Below, piece by piece: positions 36,463-50,387 of a DNA stretch of 64,000 nt. Each line of letters starts with the position of its first letter. Position 1 is the stretch's first letter. The position numbers and the translations under genes are program-made. Below the pieces are notes generated by a model, which worked only from the letters and a program-made list of their open reading frames with translations, did not search any database and had not been told where the DNA came from. The stretch comes from Takakia lepidozioides. Lineage: Eukaryota > Plantae > Bryophyta. The DNA lies in the NCBI GenBank assembly GCA_030704615.1, contig CM060734.1, forward strand, positions 40,920,001 through 40,984,000, written 5' to 3'.

Positions 36463-38406
36463 ATTTTCAGATTTCAATCAGACTGAAGCTTGTTCTCTAC
36501 TGTTTCACATCTGATGTGTAAGCAGTACAACTTGAAAACCAGAAAGCATGGCAGTGATGAGTTTATACGAAACTCGTGAGAAGGGAGAGAGATGAGTCTC
36601 ACACATTGAACTCCATGGAATTGAAATTGATAGGGGAAAAGTTGATGATGATCGATCCGTGAATGTAATTTTAATTACGATTTATAGAAAATGGGGAACT
36701 AATTAACATTCATTAATTCTATATAGTTGTGCATGGGCCTGTGGGTCTGGGGTTCAATCCGCTGTGGTTTCGTCTTGGGGGCTTGCCTGCTCAGAAAGAG
36801 GGTCTTCTGAGATGTGTGATTAGCTACTTGCCCCTGTCTATGAGAAGCCATGGTTTCTGTGTGACTCTAAGATTCTGGTAGCTGTGTGTGTACAAGGGTT
36901 TGATAGAGAGCAGCTTTAGTACACACCAATCACACCCTCGTTTGTTGAGGTGAGTTTGCCTCGCAGTAAGCAAATCTTCGGAAGTGTGTGGGGTTTTTTA
37001 TGTCAAATTTGTGCCGACCTATGAAATGTTGCATCAGGCATACCAAACCGTCGGAGATCCGATGGTGGGACTTGTAATGTGTATGATGACATTTGTTTTT
37101 TTGAGAAATCCTACGATGTAAGCTTTATATAAGACCCAAATGAGACGATTTAACAAGAACCTCCAAGTTCGTGGAGAAATCGAACCCCATTAAGAGAAGG
37201 AAATGTAAGGACAACAAAGGAAATCAAACCGATCTAGCATAACCTACTGCCTAAAATAAATCAGACAACAAGAACGAAGGTGGGTCAGAAAGAGCCGGGA
37301 GGTCAGATGAAGGTGCTATGACACTTCTAGCCAATAAGGGCCCAGGTTTGGTTTGTTGGTGTGAAGATTAGAGGGTGGTCCAGGAATTAACTAGGGTCCA
37401 GGAATCAACTAGGGAACAAGGGAAAGTCTTTATTAACCCCTAATGGACGAGGCTGTTTTTGGTGGGCCCACTCCAAAACAGCACATACCCTCACGGATGA
37501 GGATATATCTCCCAGCTAAGAAACATCCACAGGGATGAACCGTATGAAAAGGACGCTACCTACCTCATGCACCTGCTGTAAGACTTTCAGCCCATTTCAC
37601 CATGTCATTACGAAGATTATAACAAAATGGTAAGCTCTAAATCTGTAGTGTATTCCAATTTTAGAGGGAAAAATTGGTTTGACCAGGCAGTTGGACCGAA
37701 AAAATATTTTTTCCTTGCAAGACCCCAACCACATTCCAATTCTCAGGCACCTAAAGCAACTTGCCCCAAATTTGCAAAGCAGAATTCCAAAATCTACATA
37801 GGGTTCCTTTGTATGGGAAAACAGGGGGGTCAAAAAGCACTATTTGCTTCAATTGACCTGTAATTCAGCCATAGGGGTCGAAATTTTCATTGGAACCAGA
37901 ATTCCAACGGTGGAATTGTTCCTCCTATGATTTCCTACTACCTCCAAAAAGAATTTCTGAATTCTAATCAAAATGCAGGCAGAGATTTCTAAGTAGGTGT
38001 ATTTCTACTTGAATCCCAGCTCAGGCCATGTATTGCCTGAGCCGGTAGACAATTCCGGCTACAGAAAGGGGGCTACGTCACCGATTGACACAGAGAAAAC
38101 TCGGGGGACCCAAAATCGACACCCAAAAAAAAGCTCGGGAACGCCCGACGTTTCGGCGTTCCACCCGAAAGGCAACTGCAAAATACTAACCCCAACTAAC
38201 ACCTCGTTTCACACGGCGTCACGCAATCCTGTGCTCCCTAAAAGACTCCCACAACTCCCCACAACAACCCCTGTTTCAACTCCCCAATCGAGTGGCCATC
38301 CAAGCTCCCGTGACTCCTGGTTTTCTCCCCTTTGAATGTAGTCAAAAACCCACCACACACCACCACGAAGACATGATCCACGAACTGGGGGGAGTTGAAC
38401 CCCCAT

Positions 38407-38409
<3 letters not shown>

Positions 38410-38440
<31 letters not shown>
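38410..38440. repeat. Poly-C tract (~31 nt) inside the piggyBac
   Basis: Read directly. Confidence 0.9.
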
Positions 38441-38442
<2 letters not shown>

Positions 38443-39539
38443 GCAGCATCAGCACCCCCCAAAACCACAACCAGCAAGCATGACTGTTTTGCCCCCCGCG
38501 CCCCCCAAAACTGTGAAACCACCCAAACCACGCACCATGCCCAACACTGAAGGACCCCCATCACCTCCACATCCCCTCAACCAGCAGCAGCAGATCCCCA
38601 TCACCCCACAGCCTGTGAACCATCACCAGCCCTTCCCCATCCCCAAAAAGATCAAATGAGAAAGAAGAGAACACATGAAAAGAAGCCTGAGGGCAGACTC
38701 TCATCGCAAAGCGGGATAGATGAAGAGGTCCACCCCCCTACTCCCAAAACTGTCCATCAAAAAGAGCAAAGCATGACCCCCATAAAAAATGGAATGCTCG
38801 ACATTGGAAAAGGCCAAATGTAAATCTAGATCATTCAGGAACCCATGACCCCACACTCTCGATCCCATACAAGGTAGGGAAACCTCAGTGGACGTCACAC
38901 AAACAAAAAACATGAGAAGAACCCATAAACACCAAAAGATCAAAGAGAACAAAAACCCCACGCCCCACGAACCACAGGCCATCCACAAGCCTAGAAAGAT
39001 ACTGTAGAGAAAAACAAAGAGAAAGACAAAAAAGGCAAAAGAGCGCAAAGACCAAAGCAGCAATCAGCTTCTGGGTAAAAGAAGAGAAAGGGAAACACAA
39101 AGACAAGGAAGAAAAGAGTCAGAAAGGCAGAATAAGGGTGTGAGGTAAAAAACAGCATGTGGGAAGGCACAAGAAGCAGGGGGGCAAGCAAGCCAGGGAA
39201 GAATGGTGAGAACGAACTGAAGAAAAGACAAAAAGAGCTCGCCGTGGTGGTGTGAGGCATTGATGCACAAAAGGTAACTCTCTCTTCTCAATAAAGTGTG
39301 GTGGTCAATGTTGTCAGTGCAGAAACCCTGTCAAACCCAATAGGAACAGCCAGATTTAATTGTAGATGGGTCATGGACCCGACGTCCCCTTTGATCTCCA
39401 TTGCAGAATGAAAGATATACGCATTAACTAGCGTGGGTATCAATAAGGAAAAAAAAAAGATGAGGAAAAACTTCTTTGTGCGCAGCTGCAAGCTGTACGC
39501 ACCCCTAACTGGTCCTGCACATCCACCCCTTCGCATATA

Positions 39540-40720
39540 CGTTTGATATTGCACATGTGCAGGTACGATGGCACAGGCACCTTTGGTTTCCCACAAACGG
39601 CGTACAGTCACATGGAGAGGAAGGCTGCAAGCTGGCCTAGCTGCAGTGATCGCAAGTAAGAATACACCCTTCTTGTCCCCCAACAGACACAGCAGCCACA
39701 CTCTGTCCTGGACTCGTGCATCCTGTACCAGGGATGTGCCGGCCCGAAGCTTGGGCAGCGTGGATTTTTTCATTTTCAGCAAAGAGGGAGGGAGGTTGGC
39801 TTGCTGTTCACTCTTAGCCGTGTCAGGGTCTAAGTGCCCAAGGCCGAGTTTGGCCATGTCATATGAAGCTGGAACCCTGTTAAAGTAAATATCGGTCACA
39901 ATGGTCATGGCCCAAACCATGCAGCCCGTCGCCCGACCGGGTGACCACATCATAACCTTCTCCCTTCCCACTTTTCTGGCCTCTCGCCCTGCTGGCCCCC
40001 TACATTCTTACTACATACACCTGAAAAGTCGTAGACATATGAAGTTCTCCGAGTCAGCCAAGGCCCACGCCGGGATGGCCCCATTTGCAGGGGTGCGTTC
40101 TTAGGCATGGGTTTTTTTCCTAATGGGGAGTACTTCCCCTTGTAACGGAGATCATCACCTCGTCGACAGTCACCATTTTGTTCAGATTCTAGAAACTTTT
40201 ACACACCTTCCACAATCTCCTCACACACCCACCTAAGCTTTCCGAGCTTATCATAATCCGACTCTTCGATCTGCCACCACGTGGTGTTGTCAACAGATGC
40301 AAACAACGGAGTATGGCCTCATACCTAGGACAAGCGAAGAATGTCTCCGAGTGTTTACCAGTAAAATCGTGTTTTGGGGCAACTTCTTCTTTCATGCCCA
40401 TGACATTACCCGACTCCAATCCAAGCCCTGAGCTAACAGGAACAGTGAGCTCTTTCCACCGAGGCCCCCCACAGTGCCCGTACCGAAAGGTTCAGCAGCA
40501 TAACGATTGGACTCCCTACATATTCGCCCAAGCACCTGTCGCCTCCAAAACAAACCAAAAACCAAATAGGATGTGATAGCCTTCATTTCAGGCAAAGGTG
40601 CAGGGACCGAGGTTTGAGGGCCAAAAAATGCAGCTCTATCACTCACAAAGTCAGGAGCCTGCGTTGGTTTCCCACGTCTTCGCCTTGAACATCTCCACAA
40701 AATCGGCCGAGATTTCCTCA
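39540..40720 (-). pseudogene. Degenerate piggyBac (PGBD/DDE_Tnp_1_7-like) transposase
   Basis: Read across many frameshifts: FGLFW...RICRESNRYA, LRAWIG...MGMK, RYEAILRCLHL, DYDKLGKLRW, VTVDEVMI-RYKGKYSPIR, WALADS...YVYDF, TIVTDIYF (second catalytic Asp region), then a Cys-rich tail (CCVC...CDHC). The third-Asp region appears deleted. Confidence 0.85.
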
Positions 40721-42768
40721 TCCATCACTCCATATCAACCACCCACCTCGTTTTCCATTCTGCTTCGTCAGCAGAGGCGTCGCCCATGTACCCATCGTCA
40801 CCCTCAAATCCCTCGTCCATGTCGGAGGAGGCCTCATCATGGCCCAAAACAGATTAGAAGACCCCTCACCAAAGGAACCATGCACCAATGTTGGGATGCA
40901 TGTCCCCCAAAGCGCCCTAAAAACAATACCGACGGCAAGCATGCTCCCAGCACCCAGAGGCCCGCCAACACATCCCACAACAAGACCCGAATTCACACTC
41001 CCTTATTTTTTTTCTCCTCACACACAGAGCCTTGGGAGGTGCTGTCACACTTGCATGAACCAACCTCTTTGCACGAGCCAACTCCTTCAACGCCTGACTG
41101 TGGCGCATCGGGCCAAACATCATCTCTCACAACAGAATTCACAACACATCACTGAACCCCTCCTTATCACCTCCTCTCTTCTCTCTCTCCAACCAGAACT
41201 AGAGCCACCTGACGTCTAAACAGAAAGCGAAAATTGTGAGGACGGGGGGCGAGGCCAACGATTGCGAACGGCGGTGGAGGCAAACTACGAGGAAGGCAGG
41301 AGACAATACACCCAAAATATTACCTTGCACTGCTCGGGAGTGCAGTGCTGCTCCTCAAGCGCCCACTTCTTTTAATAACCTCCACGACAGCTGCAAGCTC
41401 GGGTGGGGGGCACGGTGGCTCAGCACAAGCAGGATCGTCTTCCTCTTTGTGCCATACGAATCCCTGATACCGACAGAGATCACAGGAAATGAATGCAAGC
41501 CCTCACGGTGAATCAATGCAGATGGCATATCTTCCCCACTCACAGGATGATGGATGTACCTCGGCGAATTTCGTAACTCCTCCAAAACCAGCTGCAAATG
41601 AAACCCAACACACCACCACGCTCCCCTGCAACCATCCCCTAACACACAAAACACAGAGCCCAAATGCATAAAAGCATTTCACAAAACGACATGCAAGAAA
41701 AAATGACAACTTGCATTACAATGAAAATTCGGCAGGGCGACAAGAATCTAAACGCCAAACACTCAGCCCTAACAGCTGCGTAATGCAATCACACCCCGAG
41801 CTCTAATGTCTAGAACACACAGCAGGCGAACGGAATAGCTCCCCGACCGCCGCTTCGAGCCTGGGAGAGGTAAGTCACCATGACCCGAAAATGAGCCCAG
41901 AAATACAACACTCCCCTACGAAACGAATGCGGGCGATCCATGGAAGATCAAGCAAAACATGCACACAAAAGCGCCAAGGAAATGCGAGAGGGGCCACGAT
42001 TTGCAAGCTCCAGGAACCCAGACTCTGTGCGCTTAGGGTGCAATAAATTCTGTCCGGCGCAAAATCTCAAGGGCTACAACTTTTGTTCAGGGCCCATCTT
42101 CATCCAGAGTCATCCAAGGGGCCCACTGACGGTCGAAATATCCAATCGACCCGAATCAGGTCGACTCGTCCATTAGGGGTTAAGGCTAATATGTAGCCCC
42201 AAGAAGGTACGGAAAACTGCAGTCCCCATTCATGGGGACTTTAATAGGATGGTTGTAGTGGGACCAGCAGCAGCCGTCACCAGCAGGCTTGGTGTCTCCT
42301 TGGGAAACAGAGCTACGGCCGTCATTTCTTTCAAAAATAGTAGCATGGATTTCCATCGTTCGCAGTCAATTTGGAAAATCAATGGTTTCGCCACATGACC
42401 TTGAGATCTATAGCACGCATTTCTACAAGGCATCTTCCCTTATTTCAAGGCTTCAAGATTTGGAACGTGCGGATGTGATCGGTGGACTGGCAGAAGCTTC
42501 TTTACATTCAAAACCTTATGAAGCTTCGCATGAAGAACAATAAGATACATCACCAATAAGGGCCCCGGGTTTGTGTGAGGTGGGAAGAGTGGACGAATCT
42601 CAAGTTCCGCATGCAGGGAACGGTCAACAACCCGAGTACATTCCAGTTTGTGTGCAACGTTCCCTTACTGATCATGTGTTCTGATCTGTATAGTTTAGCT
42701 TTCATGGCATTCGGTTTGCAACGTAGCACGTTCACTGGGCAGGCAGATGATCAGAGTTCACACGTTTG

Positions 42769-44810
42769 GAGTGAAGACCACCCTATGACACTTTTTTAAC
42801 TTTTTGGATACGTTTAATCAAGTTACATCATTTAATATACAAATGTGCGTTACACCATGACATAGTTAATTAATACCAGCAGACCATTAAATGATGAGAG
42901 AGAAGACACCAAAACTAAGAGTCGCTTCACCATTCAACTATTGCCTCATTTTGGCATTGGGCCATATAAAACCGAGATAAACCTATATGTCTAGGGTATG
43001 GGTTGGTGGTTTTCGAATTTGTGGTTTCAAAATATTGTCACAGTAACTCTTTTATGTGGTGGTGCATTTCTCCCACTAAATCATATGTATATACATAGAT
43101 TTATTTATTTATCCGTCAATACCAACTATTGATAACTCATATGGATTTGCTAGATATTTTGTTTATTGCCTGAAAATATGATTTTATTATGAGAAATACT
43201 AAAAAATATACATACTATACAATATTCTCATAATTTGAAAATAACATGTGTATCTTATTGCAATGTATCTTATTGACTCAAGTAGCTTATTGACGGCCGT
43301 AGTAATAAGATACACTTATTTCAAAAATGTAACAAATCATATTTATTAAGATTAAATTGTGATTTGGTCATAAAATGAATTACGTTTTAAATTCAATCAT
43401 ATATGAAGTAAGGTATAGTAAATCGTGCACTACGGTTATTGATATGTACACAATATGAACATCCTACATCCCAACATATGTTGAAATGTTATTTTTATCT
43501 TTTTATAAATAACAAAACTCGAGAATTATAATTACTGAACTGAAAGTTGCATGAATTTAATATCCGTAAATAACTTGTTACTATGAAAAGATACTAATAA
43601 ATAAGTCAATGTTTTGTACAGATCGCGGGTCAAGCTTGTTGAATTGATAAGTACCGATGACGTTATTGTTGCAAAAAGATTATTGGTTTGTGGAGGACAG
43701 TCATTCTTTGAAATCTATCCCACATGCACGGTCAGAACCAGGTTTTGCGGAAGTCTATTTGGCAGATCCTAAAGAGATTGTTGCTTTGCACGAATTCATC
43801 TCATGGAAAGAACGTCAAGTAGCAAGACTCCAACACATTACATCAAACTTAGATGTCATCTAAGAAACAATGAAATTTGTCAAATATTTGGGTCAAAGCA
43901 CACTAATAGGACCCATAAAGGATATCACAATTGTTTTCCAGCATATATGGCGTAATCGATCCAAATTTAGGATATCGAGTTCAGTATGAAACCACATATA
44001 CATTATATCATTGGAAAGTCTTTGAAGTACTTGTCATGCCCATATAAAGTTTCTTGTAATTTGACAATTTTAAGGGGTCATAAAGGAGTCTTGAATAGCA
44101 CAAGGTTCAAATGTCCCAAAATGTTGTAGTCCTTTAGGACTCATTTTCACAACATAACATGTGAAGGTCCTATCAGGGATTTTCATGTGCTTATGTAAAG
44201 TATGGAAGAATGCAAAAAAGACAGTAGACCTGCAAAACCAGAAACACCCATTCACATAGGAATTTTCTACCACGCGGTATTCATAATTTAGGAGCACCAA
44301 ACTTTGATACTACTAAACCTCAAAATTTAAACATAGTTCTTTCACCAAAAGTGTTTAGTTGTTGAAAAAGAAGAAGGTCATGTCCCTGAAATGGCTACAA
44401 GGTCCTCCAATTTTGAATTTGAGGCCAAAAATAGTTCTTACAAATAATATATCATTCATTGCAAATTATTTTAAAATTAAAAATATATCAAATAAACTCC
44501 TAAAAATTATACGAGCATCTGCAGCACTGAAGTAGGCATCAAACACATCAAACCCGGCCTGGATGCAATGCGGGGAAAGCAAATGGTGATAAACGGAAGT
44601 CGAGTTAGTATCGTAAACTCAAAATTAGCGGTGTACGAGCAAAATTGGAGGTGTACAAGAGGGTGTACGAGTATCTGATGGATGGGGTCAAGGTGCCCAC
44701 TACCATTTGTCAATTTCATCACGTTTTCATCGCAACATGTCATGTCTACGCGCCGCGGTGTAATGCGCCATCAGTCAAAATTTAGTCATTTTCAGGAGTG
44801 TCAGTGGTAC
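42769..44810. mobile_element. Possible AT-rich non-autonomous DNA element
   Basis: Sharp shift to AT-rich sequence starting GAGTGAAGACCACCCTATGACAC, with a partial inverse match GTGTCA-GTGGT at ~44798-44808. Confidence 0.25.
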
Positions 44811-46077
44811 ACATTATGATGCTTTCACCCATGTAGAGGATTTTCCAGAACAAGATCGTTCGAATGTGGTGTCTTCAATGATGTTTTGGCCAGACAATGA
44901 TAATATTGATCAACCCTCAGTGGAGATAAATACGGACAATGTTGAAGAATAATCATGAACATGACTTATTCTATTGATGCCTGAGGTGCAAACTCAATAC
45001 TTCGGACTTGAGAGATGACAGCCAAAACATCCAATCGAAAGACACATACATCCACATTGCAACAACCACTTGAAGATGATGTCAATTGACTACTAATTTT
45101 GGAATATCCGAAGAATTTGATCCATGGACATCGGAAAGACATCGAAGCATGACATTTTGTGGGTGTGCATGTTGAGAACGAATTCGTACTGGCTGAAAAC
45201 ATTCAAAAACATCCCGAAAAACACAAATGTAGTGTCACTATAATGCAACAACTGTTTGTACAAAAATTAGGTACCAAATGATGATGGTGAAGACGACATT
45301 TTAATGGACTCTGTATTTATTTCGTGGAGAAATACAGTCGGGACCAGTGTTGGGCGGTTCTTGCCTTTGTGAAGGAACCTTCGGTTCCGGTTCCACAAAT
45401 TTTTGAAGAGACGGTTCCGGATCCGGATCCGGTTATTTTTTATTAAGGCGGTTCCGGTCCGGTTCAGGTTCTGACTTTTTAACATGGGGGCGGTTCCGGT
45501 TACCGGTTAGTTGCTGGAAAAAAAACGCCGGTTCCCGGTTAGGTTCCGGTTCTTTTTTAAAAATATATTAAATTTTTTAAATTTTTTATTCTTCTAGAAA
45601 ATTAGATGAACTAATCTGATTGGTCATACTGAGAATTTTCAACTAAAACCAGGGAATTTATTAGTAAAACAGAAGTAAATAAACTTATATGTTTTTTGTG
45701 ATTGTCTTTTATGGTATATATAACTAGTTATATACGCATGGTCTCCATTAAAAACGGAAAACCAGAGATTTTATAAGTTGTTGTACGGTGTAGCAAAGAA
45801 CAACTAAAACAGACTAACTACATAAGGATCTTAATTCAAAATACAAAACAAATTAAACATGTGTAATTCTATGGTTACCTTTTATGGTGCAGCAAAAGCA
45901 CAACTAAAAAAAACTACATAAATTTGTGTTTTATGGATGATGCTTTGTCAATATAGCATACAACAAACAAAGTACACGGGATGTCACTGAAATTTTCAAT
46001 AAAAATGACAAATAAACAAACTCCAATCAAAGGAGTATAGTGTAATATGTTGAACAATTATTTGTCTCTAAGACAAA

Positions 46078-48450
46078 TCAGTCTACCTCAAAGAGGTTTG
46101 CCTCTGCAATCAAGTCCTCATTCTCATCTAAGATGACTTCTTCCCTATCCAAAAACTCTTTCATGGAAGTACTAAAGCAACCAACTCTAGCATCATTTGG
46201 CCAATTCTTGACTACACTCACAAGCATATCAAGGTTTTCAATATTTAACCTGCACCGTCTCAAGTTTGTTATGACACCTGCAATACTAAAAACCCTCTCA
46301 GCTTCAATCTGAGATCCAACTATGCCCAAAATTAGCCGTGCCAAAAATTCCACATACGGAAAGAGAGACTCGTGTTCTTTCCACCATTTCAAAAGAGCCA
46401 CGCACTCACCTTCATTTATCTTCGTCCTTCTGAAATGTGATAGTTGTTCTCTCACCACTGTCAATGTCATGTCTTCATTGTGGTCATGCACACCAAATAA
46501 GGACATCTCGTCCATTGTGGCAGTGGGCTGTGATTGGGCCGAAGTATCCGGATGTAAGACCTTGAAACACTTTACCAAAAGAGGCTCTAACACCATACTA
46601 TCATATTGGGACACAATATGCAAAGCACGCTCTTTGCCCACATATTGTGATACCAATGACAACCCCTTGTAACGTGGGTCAAGCATAAGCGCGAGCATAT
46701 TGTGAGCTTTGCGCGATTGAAACCCTTCCAAAAAAGAAAGAAATGGTTCCAAGACATATACCACCTCTCGAGCCATCCGCCATTCCAACAATGTCAACTC
46801 TGTTGAGAAATCCCCCATGCAATGATCCACAGTTGCAGCCCCCCAGCACTACTTCCTCGCATGCGAATTGTTGTGGCAATGGCTGCATTAAGAGCATCGG
46901 ACAACAACCAAAATCCCCCAGATTGATTCATAATGCACTCATGAACCACAGGCCCTAGAACTGTAGAAATTGATTGGGCAATGGCCCACACTTGTGGACT
47001 TGGTATGCGAGATTGCAGTGCCAATGAGGTTTGCCTAGAGTAACAAGTGATTATGGCTTGCCTAAACTCCAAAGTCTCTTGGAAGAGGATCACCTTGGAA
47101 GCAAACCGTGTCTTCACCGGAGTCTTCAGTTTGCGGGGATGAATGCCGCTGTCCACACATGCCTTTGCCCATTCTTGTCTCCCTTTGCCACTTTTTTTTG
47201 TCCAAGTAATGGTTTTTTGCAACTCTGATTGGGCATTTTTTATAGAAACCGATCTCATATCTGCGCATACTTTTGCATCATTTGTTGCATACTGGCAACA
47301 CTTGGACATTGCATGCCCAAAAAGCTACCCACAAATGGAGAATCCAACCCCAAACACGCACATGAGACCACCGAATTCAAAGCATTGGTCAAAGTGGCCA
47401 AGTTACCTCCCTCATCTTTGACGTAAGCAATAATGCGAGTATTGAGGCCATACTTCACAAGAAGATTGTTGACTTGATGTGCCATGGCAGCCCCAGATGT
47501 GTCAGGTGTCTCAAACATGCCAAGAGTCACATGACATTGCTCCCACTGTTCATTAATAAAGTGCGCTATGATGACAAAAGTGTCAGTTCCCCCTCTTGAC
47601 ATCCACAAATCAAAACTCACGGAGCAAGTAGCACAACTTTGAAGAGATGGGGACATGTAGCGCTCTTTCGTCTTCTCTGCCAAGATTGGAATGACCTCAT
47701 TCACAAATGTCCGTCGAGAAGGGAAAACAATCCGAGGATTTTGCCTCAACACCATCCTTCTTAGCCAAGGGGATTCTACCAAAGACAGTGGAACCAACTC
47801 CTTTGCAATGAATAAGACTAAATCCTCATTGAACTGCTTCTGTTGATCATCATTTTGGTTGTATGGAGTGGAGCTCCTAAAAAAAGAAGCTATGTTTCCA
47901 GGAGTGGGGCCGGGCCTCTTTTTGGCTGGCCTACGGGCCTTCTCAGGTCCAAGATTTTCCCTCTCAATCCACCTACGCAAAACAATGTCATGTTCTTGAT
48001 CCACATGCTTTCGAAGGGCAGAGATACCATTGGTTTTATATAGGTCACAATGCCCTTCTTGCTTTCAGGAGTGACACCAACAGGATGACATAGAACACAC
48101 CTCATTTGTTGTGGATTTGTTATGTCCACTGGAGCAGAGTCTTTTGTTGCATAGAATGCCCATGTCGAAGCAGTGCGATTGTGGGGCTTCCAAAAATCCC
48201 GTTGTTTGTCAAGTACTGGGAGCTGCGCCTCCACATCCAACACCGTGTGTGATGGCGAAACTGTGGAAGATGACATTGCAGCCGAGGCTTGATGAGCTGA
48301 TGTAAATGAGGCTTCATGATGAGCATCCTCCGCAACATGGCACTCCACCAAAGCTCTCTCATTATCAACATTCATGTCAAGAACAACTTCCCTTTCTAGT
48401 TCATCGAAAATATTGGGCTCCATGACATAAAAAGCTTGTGGAACAACTCC
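46078..48450 (-). pseudogene. hAT transposase with three frameshifts
   Basis: BED finger (WAFY...RCVLC...RKHVDQEH), SFDLW, KDEGGN, TPVKTRF, LDPRYK and hATC domain (WWK...ERVFSIAG), split across ORFs 47890-48555, 47255-48004, 46794-47309 and 46078-46830. Confidence 0.92.
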
Positions 48451-50387
48451 TGTGTAAAAACAATGCAAACAAAGAATCCAAAAGGCATTTAATAATTGTG
48501 CACAACTCATATATTTACAACTAAAAATGTAAACAACTAAAAAAATAAAGCTCAATGAAAGGGAGTTACAGGCGGGTAATGGTGGCTGGTTGGCAGGTCC
48601 CTCCCTACTTTGGGCTCCCTCCCTCTCATGCAGAATCTGCTATAACAGAAGCCAAAGGGGCTATCTCATCAACCCCCAATTGTATCAAGAATTAAAAAAA
48701 TTTAAAGAAAGGGAAGATACTTACCAGTGATGATCAATGTGGGCTGGTTGGCGGGCCCCTCTTTGCTTGTGCTCCCTCCAATATAAAATCTACCATAGTG
48801 GAGCAAGGGCTATCAGCCCCTTGGTATATCATCAAAGAAAACAGGAAAAAAAAAAGAAAAAAAAAGAATGATGATCAATGATTACCATGGACCAAGGGGC
48901 CTAGGTTGCAGGTGGGCCCTCCTTGCTCGTCCTCCTAAACTTGTGCACCACATGCCATAGCAGAAAAGGAGGAAGCTGATTAGCTTCATGGTGAACTAAA
49001 GCTAAAACAGTAAAAAAACCAAAAGTGGTGGATGCTTACCAACGTCACTAACTCTACTTGCTACAGCATTGACATCCACTCGATTGCTTAGATCATTCTC
49101 TTTTGAAAAGCCCTCTTCAATAGCTGAACAGCACTTGGAGACGACTGGAAGACTAAATCACTGACAACCAAGACCAGGTTGACTTTCAAGTGAAGACAGC
49201 CAGAATGCAGTGCCACGTGGAGTAGCCAGAAACTATGAACGAGAGAGCCCCTGAAGGAGAGGATGGAAGAGACGGGGGATGGCTGCTCACATACCTCCTC
49301 TCGCCAGTCAACATTGTTCAAGATTCCCTGACACACAGCGAAAAGAGAACACCCTCGTACAAACCTGCATAAGCACCTTATTCAGCTCCACCTGTAGCTA
49401 TCCTACCATCCCACAATACAACTTCTTGGAAATGAACAGTGCGGAGACCCCTCACACAGGGTGAAAATCAATTCTGCCAATACAATAACCCACAGAATGG
49501 TGAACAAAAGAAAAGGGGGTTACCTCACTCGCTGCAAAACCTGGGTAAATCTGGAAGGAGCTCACTGAGTGCCCGTGGTTCAAACACATTTCCCGAAAGT
49601 ATGTGTTGCACCTGCCACATATACAGGAACAGTCAGGCGCCAAGGTTCTGTATAAATCTCTGTTGCACGATGAACAACATTGATCATGGCAATAGACACT
49701 GAGGCAAGGAAGCAACCTACTGTCATTACGCCCCAACCAACTTGCTATCCATTATGTGCTGCAAAAGTACAGATTGGTCATACAAAGCTAGCCTGGCTGT
49801 CATCCAGATTGTACAACTAAGCACCGTACAAGAGAGGGGCAGAAGCTGACCTCTTTCTGGGTTAATTCTTCTCGGTTGGTCTGAATTCATCTAGATTATG
49901 TAGCTAGCATTTGTTGACCAACTACAGCGCGAGGTGCAAACCTGCAGAATCTATCTCACTGTACAACCGATTTGATCTTCGGGGAGCAGCAGCAGTTGTG
50001 GTCTATTTCTTCGCTGCTCCAATATATTGTCCAGGTGACTTGATGTGGGCCATTCTGCACTTGCGCTGTCTGAGTCAATACACTTGTCTTGCTGCTCACT
50101 CTAGATAAGCAAATTACTCATAGGGCCCTCGTTCTGAACAGCACATGGGTAAGCGCATTGATCTTTCGTGTTATGGTGCAGGGGCATGCTCTCCGAGGTG
50201 GGATTAATCAGAACAGGAAGGTGAAGAGGGACGGGGAGGGGGTTCTGGAAGGCTAAGCTGCAGCATCAACTTGCACTGGCCTATTAACCAGGATTAGCCA
50301 TGCCAGACACAGACCCTGCCTGCAGGGGGGCCTTTCCCTCAGAGAGGGCGTACCTCACGCTGGTGAAGCCACGAGAGAAACAAGAGA

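Larger units (their letters stand above)
37437..42179 (-). mobile_element. piggyBac-superfamily DNA transposon, full-length ends, 4743 bp
   Basis: TTAA (37433-37436) + CCCCTAATGGACGAG ... CTCGTCCATTAGGGG + TTAA (42180-42183): perfect 15-bp TIRs and a TTAA TSD around a transposase relic. Confidence 0.92.

Noticed and set aside
42184-45336. Degenerate Mutator or Helitron coding remnants
   Set aside because: No diagnostic motif could be recovered by eye.
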